A stretch of DNA of 64,000 nucleotides from the human T2T-CHM13v2.0 reference genome, Homo sapiens, in the NCBI RefSeq assembly GCF_009914755.1, contig NC_060948.1, one strand, 5' to 3'. This document shows, one piece after another, positions 49,851 through 61,160 of this stretch (position 1 is the stretch's first letter; the number at the start of each line of letters is the position of its first letter). The translations under genes were made by a program, and so were the position numbers. The notes beneath the pieces were generated by a model. That model made no database searches. It had not been told where the DNA came from and saw only the letters and a list, made by a program, of their open reading frames with translations.

Positions 49851-50384
49851 TGTAGGGATTCAATCAGGCTGGTGGAAAAATTTTAAAAATGGTTATAGAT
49901 GCATACACAAACCTTCCTGGAAGGCCTGAAGGTTTTTACCAAAGTCTCAGGATAAGGTTATGGATGAAGGCAACCTAATCCTTTCATTGAGTAAACAGCT
50001 TAAAATGAGTACAAAGAAAGGTAGAGTAGGTTATCTAGCTAGCTTGTTTACCCATGTGATCTTAAAACTAACGTTTGATGTACCATGGGTCCTTAATTGC
50101 ATTCTACTCAGGACGTCCCCATTGTCAATTACCCTCTAGTAGTGTTTACTAAGGATCTTTGTCAATTAATCTTTACATAATAAATGCGAGTCTCACTGAA
50201 TGATCAAAGTCAAAGTCACAAGTGTTTACAGTACTCTCCAGGGAGCGTGTAAGCAGTTCAGACACAGCTGGACTGGCATAGCAGAATATCTGTTTGTCAA
50301 TGTACTTCATTCATTCATCGCTAGGTCAGGGTCTGTGGGTCAGACCCCTGCATCTGGTGCTCCTGTGTGAGGAGCACTACCACA
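49851..50384 (+). repeat. HML-5 5' LTR (LTR22)
   Basis: TGTAGGGATTCAATCAGGCTGGTGG...GAGGAGCACTACCACA; colinear with 53076-53592. Confidence 0.85.
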
Positions 50385-50386
50385 GT

Positions 50387-50405
50387 TGGTGCCCTTGTCT
50401 GAGGA
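50387..50405 (+). promoter_or_regulatory. HML-5 primer binding site (elongator tRNA-Met-like)
   Basis: TGGTGCCCTTGTCTGAGGA lies 2 nt after the LTR end and resembles TGGTGCCCCGTGTGAGGA. Confidence 0.65.
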
Positions 50406-53075
50406 ACACTGTGAAGGGAATGTGATGGATCCCCCAAAAATGAAGGTGAAGAGGGACTGTACAGTCAAGTCAGTGAGTAATCAGTAAGTCATTGGTGCCC
50501 ACTTGGGATTTCCAAATTCGGAGAGGATTGGTCCAGCTGAGGTTTCATCAGGAGACAGCAGTTATCAACTGAACAGAAACAGTAAATGAAAGTGTTGAAA
50601 CAATTGCTTAAGGCTGGCAGAGCATCACTTTTGCCGGCTCAATTAAGGGACCAAATAATGCAAACTGTTGTAACCCAAAGCCCACGGTTCCTAGAAGAAG
50701 GAACTCTAGACATAGAACTCTGGGAACAAGTGGGGAAAAATCTTAAACAACATCAGAAGCAAAGGCAATGGTTCCCAGTAACAGCTTTAATACTACAGGC
50801 TTTAATTAGAGCAGGCTTTTTTCCGTTATACACAGAAGAGCCTAAAAAGGGGAAGCAGGAGAGAACGTGACCTGCCTTATCACTTCCTCTTCCCTCAGTG
50901 GCGGGCAAAAGCTGGCCAGCGGTGAAGGAAGTGGCACAAGTAAAAAGCCAACAAAGGAAAAAAAGCAGCACCTTTACAAGTGCAAAGCAGCCACCACTCA
51001 GGGACCCTCCTGGTCAGCTCTCTAGCCCTACAGGAGACACACCCACAGCAAAATATCTTGTTTCTTGTTTACAGGTGACATCCCAGATTATAATGCTCTA
51101 CTAAGATGTACGTAAAATTTAACAATTTGAAAAACCTCTTTCTAATTGTGGCCACCGTTACCTCTCCTTACACCTAACATGATTCTCTCCAAATCCAATT
51201 TAAATAAAAAGTAACCTCTAAAGGGAGAGACATTACAATAGGACCATGGGTTAGTTAAGGAATAATTACAAGTGAACTTTCCTCCCCACTAGAATAGAGT
51301 TTCCTGATTGCAAAGTTATTCATCTTATCGGTGATATTCTACTAACAGCCCTTAATATTCCGCCATTTTTGTGATTCCCAAAAGTCTAGTAAATGCTTTA
51401 CTGACAAAATAGTTCACTCCTCCACACCTAATGCTTTAACACTGTTTACACTTGGTTCCGATCAACATGGAAAGGCAGAAGTCTAGTAGATGCCACATAA
51501 TTCACTCACTCAGTCTGAGTTTACTAGCAATCAGAGAGCTAAAGTTAAAACCTTAATATTGACTCTAAAAAGCTTTTACAGCCCTAAGTAAGTCCACTCT
51601 ACACTCTACCCTATGTGCTCATTTTTTCTGTCTTCAGCAATGGTGAGACCAAAGTACACATCCTATTTTATCACACATATTTAAGTATACAGCTCTCTGC
51701 CTGGACCATTGTCTTATGGCAATAATCAAGCAGACCTTCAAGTTATGACATCACTGCTTGACCAAGTCACCCAATTGCATCAATTTTTCCACCAAAATTG
51801 GAGAAACTTATCTAAACAATTTAAACTTACCCAGACACTGGCTAAACACATTATCCTACAATGCCCAGCTTGCCAGCTTACAGGCACATTCCCTCCTTCA
51901 ACAGGTGTTAACCCTAGAGGACTAGAACCTAATAAGTTATGGCAAACAGATGTACACACATCCTTGAATTAGGAAAAATAAGATATGTATATGTATCAGT
52001 TGACTCCAACACTCATTTAATTAGTCCACATACTCTGCCTGGAGAGTCAACTCAATATATCATTAAACATCTTATTTTAACTTTTGCATTTATGGAGTGA
52101 CCCACAAAAATTAAGACTGATAATGGTATAGCTTATGCCAGCTCACAATTTCAACTATTTTGTCACACCTGGGATATCCAACATTCCACAGGTATCTCAT
52201 ATAACCCCCAAGGACAAGCAATAGTAGAACATGACAACTTCACTTTTAAAAATGTGCTCAAAAAACAAAAAAGAGGCAGAAGTGGTAAAGACCCTGCAAC
52301 ATTATTGGCAAAGACTTATTTATCCAACAGCTGTAGAAAAGCACTTTGCTAAAGCCTCTCAAGGCATAAAACCTGCAGTTTTATGGAAGGATGTAAACAG
52401 TAATGAATGGCGTGGTCCTAGTGAATTATTAACATGGAGAAGAAGGTATGCTTGTGTCCACACCCCTTCAGGTCCTCTTTGGATTCCAATACAAAGCATC
52501 AAACCATTCCATGGCAAGGCTAGGACTCAATCTGGTACCAGAAATGAAGGCATTAACCATGCAAGACCCACAGCCCCAGATGATGTGGCTTCCACAGAGG
52601 CCACAGGTCCTGGGCATTATGCTGAAGAAACAGAAGGCTAAGCAAATCCTGCTCTGGACACAGACACCATTCACTTCAGCTAATTTATTTCTTTTTATTC
52701 TCTCACTGTGCCTATTACCTGTACTTTCTACACTCTAATAAACCCATCTTCTAAATCTGACATTTTTCAGCCCTGTCATCTGGGGAGATACTCCATTTCC
52801 AGCTTCTAACAACATAACTGCTTGGCTGGAAGGAGTTAACAAACCCCCAGTGGAGTACCTTAGTAACAGCACTCATCAAACTGAAGTACCAGGTCACACT
52901 TTGACTGGAAAAGAATGTTGCTAATTGTACTCATGATTGTTTTGTGTTATTTTCCAATTTTAGGATGCAAAGCCAGAATAAGAGCAATGACTGCCTCGCC
53001 TGAAAAAAACTGTTCCTGCACACATCTACACTTTCCAATCAAAAGGACTTGATGAAAAAATGAAAAAGGGGGAGA

Positions 53076-53592
53076 TGTAGGAATTTAATCAGGCTGGTGG
53101 GAAATATTTTAAACATAGTTATATAAATAAATGCAAACCTTCTTGGAAGGCCTGAAAGTTTTTACAAAAGTCTTAGGATAAGGTTACAGCTAAAGGCAAT
53201 CTAATCCTTACCTTAAGTAAACAGCTTAAAGTGGGTACAAAGAAAGGCAGAGTAGTGTATCTGGCTAGCTTGTTTACCCAGATAAAGCAAACTTTTGATG
53301 TACCATGGGTGCTTAATTGCTTTCCACTCAGGAAGTCCACAGTGTCCGCTATCCTCAGTGTTTACTCCCTACCTTTGTCAATTAATCTTTACCAAATAAA
53401 TGCAAGTCTCACTGACTGATTGAGGTGGAAGTCACAGGTGTTTACAGTACTCTCCAGGGAGTCTGTAAATGCCACATACACTCAGCTGGACTGGCAAAAC
53501 AGAATAGTTTTGTGTCAGGGTACTTTATTCATCCATTGATGGGTCAGGGTCTGCACGTCAGACCCCAGCACCTGGTGAGGAGTGCTACCACA
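53076..53592 (+). repeat. HML-5 3' LTR (LTR22)
   Basis: TGTAGGAATTTAATCAGGCTGGTGG...GAGGAGTGCTACCACA, preceded by the PPT and followed by the TSD. Confidence 0.85.
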
Positions 53593-53690
53593 TCCATTAA
53601 GTATAAATATAACAAAATAAGCAAAATTCATTTAGAAAACCATGAGTCACCATTGAGATAAATCAAAAGAAATATAAATAAATGCAGACA

Positions 53691-54648
53691 GGCCAGGCAT
53701 GGTGGCACACGACTGTAATTACAACACTTCAGGAGGCTGATGCAGGCAGATCACTTGATTTCATGAGTTGGAGACCTGACTGGGCTACATGGTGAAACTG
53801 AGGAGGGAAATTAAAGATATAATGAAAAATAAAATTAAAAAGAAAAAGAAGTAAGCATTCCTGTATTAGGCTGACCTCTTCCACAGGCAGCAACAGTCAC
53901 AGCTCAGACTCAAGAAAAGTCTTGATAAACACTATCTGAGATGCTCATACATGAAGAAATGTGCTCTGGATAGTCTCCTAGCACTCCCTCAAAACAGGGA
54001 GTAGAAAAACAAATTTTGCTTTGTTTTAGTGTATGAGTTTGTAGATTCTTGTTCTCTGTAGCTAGTAACTTCAAGTATTCTGTTTTATCAAAGAAGTACA
54101 GAGAACGTCACAGAAAGCCTGAGCAGACCTGAACTACAGCTGTCTGGGCATCATAGAGAAGGTTATAAGATAAACCAATGCAAGGTTCTTTAGAGCAAAA
54201 CCTACCTAATAGATATCTGGGTTGCTTGGCAAGTGTCATGTGTAATTCTGAATTATGAACCTGTCTCAATTTTATAAATTGTTCTGCCTCTGTAACCTTG
54301 CTTTTGTGCCACTGTAACTGTAAGCCTGCTTCAAGCTAGCCTACCCCTTTTTTGAAGATGTGTATAAGTCAACTGCTGTCTTTGTTCTGGGCCCAGCTTT
54401 TTGGATGTTGAGTCCACTGAGTCTGAGTGCACTCAGTAAAAATCTTCCTGTACCCCAAGACCTCTCTGGGACTCCTCATTCCACAACAAAATCTCATCTC
54501 TACCAAAAATGCAAAAAAATAAGCCAAACATGGTGGTGCACACCTGTGGTCTCAGCTACTTCGGGCGCTTAGGTCACATAATCTCAGTGAGCTGAGATCA
54601 TGCCACTACATTCCAACTTGGGTGACAAAGTGAGACTCTGTCTCAATA
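53691..54648 (+). mobile_element. Old Alu split in two (53691-53798 and 54489-54648) by an LTR insertion
   Basis: The left part ends ...CATGGTGAAAC and the right part resumes ...CTCATCTCTACCAAAAAT. Confidence 0.85.
53799..54488 (+). mobile_element. ERV3/HERV-R-type solo LTR (LTR4-like)
   Basis: TGAGGAGGGAAATT...CCTGTATTAGGCTGAC...GAAAAGTCTTGATAA...CCACAACA resembles the recalled ERV3 LTR. 4-bp TSD AAAC/AAAT. Confidence 0.7.
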
Positions 54649-54699
54649 AATATAGGAAAGAGGTTTCTTGTTTAGAAGCAGTACACTAATTATTGTTTC

Positions 54700-55705
54700 T
54701 GCCAAATCCCAATCAAAATCCAGGCAAGGATATCAACAAACTCTTCCTAAAATTAGAATGAATGAAATAAGACTATAGAAGGACAAAGTTAAAAAACTTA
54801 CACTTCTGGGTCAGAATACTTACACTAAGCTAGAGCAATAAAGTGTGGCATTGATGATTTAATAGACAAGTAGATAAGTGGAACAGAATTGGCAACCCCC
54901 AAACAGACCCAACTCAACAGATTTTGTCAATGGCACAAAGTATTCAATGGAAAAGATAAATCTGTTCCACAAGTGGCAACAGAACAACTGGAAACTAAAT
55001 GAAAAAAATAAACATAAACACAAACTTCATAGTTTTCCTGAAAAAAATTACTCAAAAATATTCATACATTGACATTTTCTAAAGCAAATTTGTAAGAGAA
55101 GAAAATCTGCATATCCTTGGATTTGGTAATCAGTTATTGTCCAGTCTGTGAAAGAAACAAAAATTGGTAATGTAGCCTTTATTAAAATTTGAAATAGCCA
55201 CTCCATAAAACACATTTTTAAAGTCAGGCATGGTGGCTCATATTTGTAATCCCAGCACTTTGGGAGGCTGAGGTGGGCAGATCACCTTAGGTCAGGAGTT
55301 CCACATCAGCATGGCCAACATGGTGAAACATTTTCTCTATTAAAATACAATAAAATTAGCTGGACATGGTGGCAGTCATGACATTCCAGTTACTCTTGAG
55401 GTAGAAGGAGGAGAATCCCTTGAACCTGAGAGCCAGAGGTTGCAGTGGGCTGAGATCACACCATTGCACTCCAGCCAAGGTGACAGGGCAAGACTCTGTC
55501 TAAAAAAAAAAAAAAAAAGAAAGAAAAGGAATAGAATCCAAAGAGAACCAAAAAGCCACAGGCTGAAAAGTGACTTGTATGCAAAATATGAAAAGAAACT
55601 CTAAAACTGAAGACTATAACACAATTAAAAGGAAAAGACCTGAATAGATACCTCACTTAAGGAAGATAATGGAGATGGAAAACAGGCACACAAAACATTG
55701 CTCAC
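54700..55705 (+). mobile_element. Old L1 ORF2 3' fragments (interrupted by an Alu)
   Basis: ATCCCAATCAAAATCC, GTGGAACAGAAT, ATTCAATGGAAAAGATA..CTGTTCCACAAGTGG, AAAGACCTGAATAGATACCTCAC. Confidence 0.7.
55222..55520 (+). mobile_element. Alu
   Basis: Dimeric Alu with a long A tail. Confidence 0.95.
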
Positions 55706-56047
55706 TGATCTCCTGCTGCTTCTGCTGAAGGCTGAGGCTCCATGCTGTCCCCTAAAGAGCAGCAGTGGCTGCCAAAGCAGCAGTGGCTCCAAAGGCTATC
55801 CCCACATATCCCAGCTCTGCCCTTCCTCCAGGGCCCAAGAGTCCCCCAAGCACTGGTGATGCTCTCCTGAAATGAGCTGGAAGCTGAATGTTTTATTTCT
55901 CAGCTTTTCTTAATGTTCTGGAGGTTGCCAAGTATCCTTAGGTTGGAAGTTTTATTTTTATCCTAACAGCCTTGAGGCACTTACAAGTATTAGAAGGTTG
56001 GTTTTCAACCCACACTTGTCTCCATAAAGGGATAAAATAATTGGCTC

Positions 56048-56323
56048 AGCTGGGCACAGTGGCTCATGCCTGTAATCCAAGCACTTTGAAAGGCTGAGGA
56101 GGGTGGGTCACCCGTCAATTGTTTGAGACAACACTGGCCAATATAGGGAAACAGTGTCCCTACTAAAAATAAAATTAAAAAAAATAGCTGAATGTGGTGG
56201 TAGTCTCCTGTAAACTCAACTACTCAGGAGGCTGAGATAGGAGAATTGCATGAATCCAGGAGGCAGAGGTTGCAGTGAGCCAAGATTGCACCATTGTATT
56301 CCAGCCTGAGTGAGAGGGAAAAA
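56048..56323 (+). mobile_element. Alu
   Basis: GCTGGGCACAGTGGCTCATGCCTGTAATCC...CCAGCCTGAGTGAGAG. Confidence 0.9.
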
Positions 56324-56739
56324 AGTCCCACACAAACAGCTTGTACTAAAGAAATTCCTGTTGCTCCCTTAACACCAGTAAAATAATCACTTGACTGAAA
56401 GCGTTCTCTACATTAAGTTGCATCACACTAATTCACCACGTTGTCTCATTAGCTAGAGTTTACTATCTCCTTATAGTAACCATAAAATTAGAACAAATAG
56501 CAGGATAAATGACTATGTGTACTAGCATTTTTTTAAAAGTTTTTACTAGGTAGAGCTTAGAGTGCATATTCTTTAAACACTTTCTCTTTGGCACAGCACA
56601 TGCATGCTTTTTGGCAGCAATCATAGAATAATGAACAAACAATAACAACCAAATAATGTTAAAAATCACTTGCTCTCAGGGGAAAGCCAATTAACAAACA
56701 GAGCACAGACCATCTATATTATGTCTAAAAATTTTTTAA

Positions 56740-57260
56740 ATGCAATGAAAACGGTGAAAGGAACACTTGTTCTTTGCTGGTGGAATGCATAATTGTAAAG
56801 CAAAGTTAAAATGTGTTTTTTTCTTCAGCCACAGTTTTGGCAGTTTTTTTTTTTTTCAAAGCTAAACATAGTCTAACCATATAGGCTAACATTTGCACAC
56901 TGATGTATTTAGACAACAACTTTGGAAACTCGCAATTAACCAGAAACCACGTGCAATTTTGTATACCTGCTCTCTTGATAATGGCCAAATACTTTAAGGA
57001 ATCAGGATACCCTTAAATGATAACCAAGCCAGGTAAATCCATGAAATGGAATACTATTCATCAAGACAAAGGGATGATTTATGAGGTCATGCACAGCCGT
57101 GAATGCATCATACACGTATAAAGAAAAGCAGAAAAAGCCAGTCTGAAGAGACCACATATTGTATGATCCCATTTCCATGACATTATAGAGAAGAAATGTG
57201 TAGCGATGGCAAACTGACCTGTAATTTAAAGTGGTTTGTAGGTGGCAGGTAGTGAGCTGA
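56740..57260 (+). mobile_element. Old L1 3' end (L1MC/MD-like)
   Basis: TTGCTGGTGGAATGCA..., ATGGAATACTATTCA, AAGCCAGTCTGAAGAG...TATTGTATGATCCCATTT. Confidence 0.6.
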
Positions 57261-57789
57261 GTAGGAGAACAGGCTGATGGAAAGAGGCACAAATGGGCCA
57301 GGTGGGAGTCAACTCCTCTGGCTGGTGCGATCATGCTGGGCATGTGGAAGAGCCAAGAGTATGTAGTACCAGCATGAATAAAAAGGCTCCTACTCATCCT
57401 AGAAGTGGAGCACCTTCTTTCTTCACACATAGAACTATCTTAGGAACAGTTCTGAGAAATATTTTGTTGTATGAGATAAAACATACATAACAAAATTTAC
57501 CATTTCAAACATTTTAAGTGAGGATTTCAGTGAAATTAACTATTCTCAAGTTGTGCAACCATCACCACCATTTCACTTTCTCACCAGCAATGCACAAGAG
57601 TTCTACTTTTTCCACATACTCTCCAACTCTTCCTTTAAAAAAATAGACATTCCAATGTGTAAAACATGGTAATCTCATTGTGGTTTAGATATTTGTTTAG
57701 CTTATGGCTAGTGATGTTGAGCATCTTTTAATGTGCTTATTGATTCTGGTTTTGTCAATGATTGTATGAACAGAAGAAAAAGAAAAAGT

Positions 57790-58022
57790 AGATAGGCAGG
57801 TGGTTCACAAGATCAGGAGATTGAGACCATCCTGGCCAACATGATAAAACCCCGTCTCTACTAAAAATGCAAGAATTAGCAGGGTGTGGTAGTGCACACC
57901 CGTAGTCCCAGTTCTTCAGAAGGCTTTGACAGGAGTAACATTTGAACCCAAAAGGCAGAGGTTGCGGTAAGCTGAGATCACACCATTACACTCCAGCCTG
58001 GGTGACAAAACAAGACTCCACC

Positions 58023-58050
<28 letters not shown>
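57790..58050 (+). mobile_element. 5'-truncated Alu with a long A tail
   Basis: GGCAGGTGGTTCACAAGATCAGGAGATTGAGACC...A(n). Confidence 0.9.
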
Positions 58051-58054
<4 letters not shown>

Positions 58055-58067
58055 ACAGAGAGAGAGA

Positions 58068-58852
58068 GGACTTGCAAGGGTTTTTCTCCAAAGATACACA
58101 AATAGCACATGAAAATATGTCCAACATCCTCACCTCAGGGAAACACAAGTCAAAGCCACAGGAAAACATCACTTCATATCCATTATAATTGCTATTATTA
58201 AGGAAAAGCTAACAAGGGTTAACATGAAAATGGAGAAATGTGAATGTAAAATTGTGCAGTTGCTGTGGAAAATAGTCTGGTGGTTCTTCAAAAAGCTAAA
58301 CACAGAATTACCATAGAACCCAGCAAATCCACTCCCAGATATATACACAGAAGAACGTAAAATGGGTATTCAAACAAAAAACCTGTACACATATGTTCAT
58401 AGCAGCATTATTCACAATAACTAAAAGTAGAAACAAACCAAATGTCTACCAACAAGTAATAGGAAAACAAAATTTAGTATTCCCATACAATGGCATAATA
58501 TTCAGCTGTAAAAATATTGCAACTCTAACACTGCAATGTGGAGGAACTTCATAACCATTTTGGTTAAAGAAGGTGAACATAAATGGTCACATACTCTATG
58601 ATTTCATTTATATAAATAGCCAGAATAAGTAAGTAGATAGAGACAAAAAGCAGATTACTGGTTGCTAGGGGTCAGAAAAAAAGGACAGATTAGGAAGTAC
58701 CTCTTTAGTAGGTATGGGATTTCCTTTTGGGATAATAAAAATTGGAACTAAGAGGTGGTAGTTGCCCAGAAATGTGCATGTACTAAAGGTCACTGAATTA
58801 TTCATGTAGAAAGTTAATTTTATGTTATGGAAATTTTACCTCAATAAAAAGA
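58068..58852 (+). mobile_element. L1MB-like 3' end
   Basis: TTCTCCAAAGATACACAAATAGC, AACACAGAATTACCATAG..CCAGCAA, ATGTTCATAGCAGCATTATTCACAATA; ends TTTTACCTCAATAAAAA. Confidence 0.75.
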
Positions 58853-59012
58853 CAAAATTCCTTTCCCAGCATTCTCCAACCATGGTGAGCTCTCTCCACG
58901 GGGTGCCATCACCTTGGGGTTCAAGTCCCTCCACAGTCGAGAATGGCCTGGAGCCTGGCCAACCCCATTCTGGACACATACTCCAGCCACACTGTCCACC
59001 AGCTCCTAGACC

Positions 59013-59489
59013 TGTTAACAGTGGAAGGTATCTGAGTTACTGGTGGCAAATCCATCCAGGTCTGTAGTAACTGCACTTCTTGCCTTCTTAGAAGAAAGAA
59101 TTTGACTGAGGGGTATAAAGTAGTGAAAGATACTGAGGGAAGTTTCATAGCAGGAGTGGACATTTATTAAAAAGCAATCTCTGAAAGTCATACACTGAGG
59201 GTTTGTCTCTTAATGTGCATGCCTGAGCTCACTTGCCCAATAACTGAGATTTTATTGGAAGCCCTTTTTCCTTCTCCCCGGTTCCTGCATTTAATTAACA
59301 CTTTAATGTTAACAGCTGTGGATCAGTAGAAGCTTGTATCTCTCTGGCTCCAGCTGCTAAATTATCATTTTTAGAGAGGCAATATGAAAACTGTCCAACC
59401 ATCACCCAATGACCTGACATTCCTGGTGGGTGGGTGGGATGGGAGAAACCTCTGCTCCCCCACTCATTCCTGTGTAACTACCTGTAACA
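59013..59489 (-). mobile_element. ERV1 solo LTR (MER50-like)
   Basis: TGTTAACA...TGTAACA ends, reverse polyA signal TTTATT at ~59163, perfect 4-bp TSD GACC (59009-12 / 59490-93). Confidence 0.7.
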
Positions 59490-61160
59490 GACCAACTAAC
59501 TGGCCATTTCCAACTCCAGGTCACTTTCCATTTGCTACCTTCACAGACATCCAGTGATCAGTGATACCTCCTCAGAGTTTACAAGGTCTTCTGAATCTTG
59601 TTCTGCTGTAATCCAGACCTCAGCACATAATATCCATGGTTTGTCCCATTTCGATAAAGGTAAATTAGCTTTTTCTGAGCACCACCACACACAGCTGTCT
59701 TGCTCAGGTGAACTAACAGCAACTCTGCAAGAAATGGGTAGTCCCTTGTGCAAAGGGACAGCCAGGATCAGGTGACTGAGTGACTTACCTGCAATCACAC
59801 AGAGTCCAAGTGGCCTCATACTCAGTTTCCAGCCCACAGCCAGGTCTCCAGGTGTTGTTTAGAAAAAGCTTGTGAGTCACATGAACATGCAACCAGGACA
59901 CACCCAGACTTCCTTTTATCAACAAAGATGAGCTCTATCTTCTGGGACAATGGATGACAAGACCCACCAAGTCTTCTTTCTCCCATCCAGAGCCAAGGTA
60001 GGTATTTGACACTCATTAGGTAACAGACTCTTTTCCTAAAACCCTTTCATAGATAGGGTTTTTGGAGGAGATTGTGTTACATACAGGCCAGAGAATGCAA
60101 GTTTAGAGAGGGCATCACAGCCAGCACATAGAGAAAAAGCTGGTGATTTCAAATGTAAAGAAAGGACAGTATGCTGAAAAGTTACTGCACTGAAGTGTGA
60201 ACGAGACAAGAGGTTATTATGACTAAAGTAGGGGAAGCAGGAGGGAAAGGAGGGAATAGATTAAACACTTAGGACAAGAATCAGTGGTTCCTTATTGAGG
60301 TCAGTTCATACCTACCAGGACATGATGTGGCCACTGTACTCACAAAGTGAACCATGAGAAATGAAGACAAGTTCACAGGCTACATACATAAAAAATGTTC
60401 ACAGCAGCCCCACGTATACTAGACCCAACTGAGAGCCCCAAATGCTCATCCACAGGAGAAGGGTGAAGAAGCTGTGGCGTATCCACACCCTGGAATGTGG
60501 CTCAGTGTGCAAAGGAATGGATTGCTTATGCACTCACCACAGGGTGACTCTCAAAGCAGCAGGGCTGAATAAAAGGAGCCAAATCAGAACAAAACACAAA
60601 GACCCAAGGACTTAGCATATCTACATGAAACTATAAAATTCAGCTAAATTTTAGTAACAGAAGCAGATCTGTGGTCCAAGGGTGGCCAGGCAGAGATCAG
60701 TATGGGTAAGAGGAGAATATGTCTTCGTGAGCTTCATCAAGGTGTGGCCTTGCAGTGGATGGAATACTCCCATGGAGAAAACCATTACTTCTTCTATTTG
60801 AGGGACTTCTCCCCCTCAAATCATATGTCTCCTATAATTCTGCCCTCACTGGGAGACTGACTTGAGCCAACCTGGTCTCAGCTCCTACACAACGGAGACC
60901 CCCATACCCTGGGAACCTGGTTCTGCTGGCCCATAATAAACACTGGTCTTGAGGGAGAAGCACAGCTCACGTGTGCTACAAGCAAGACTGTAAAGTACAG
61001 AAGTGGACACAGCATTCAGCCCAGTGGTCCCAGGCCACATGAACCAGGCTAAGCATTCATGGGTCTCAGCCATCCTCTGTGAGAAAAGTAACTGTCACAA
61101 CCGTCCATATCAAAAGCTTTTCCAGTATTCCAGAGGCAGTACCCAGTTTCCCAGGACCTC

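Larger units (their letters stand above)
49851..53592 (+). mobile_element. HERV-K(HML-5) provirus (LTR22), heavily deleted, inserted in an old L1 ORF2
   Basis: Paired LTRs; Met-like PBS; gag MA remnant (KVLKQLLKAG...EEGTLDIELWEQVG); integrase HQFFHQN...CPAC...WQTDV, KTDNG, PQGQAIVE; PPT GAAAAAGGGGGAGA. TSD is TCAATT (49845-50) / TCCATT (53593-98). The flanks rejoin as L1 ORF2. Confidence 0.88.

Noticed and set aside
55705-56040. Unexplained unique segment with a short AGCAGCAGTGGCT duplication
   Set aside because: No ORF, convincing splice pair or recognisable family, so no call can be supported.
60908-61076. Short CTLQS similarity to the FRMPD2/PTPN13 KIND region in an alternative frame
   Set aside because: Only about five residues match, in a stop-ridden frame; not enough to assign.
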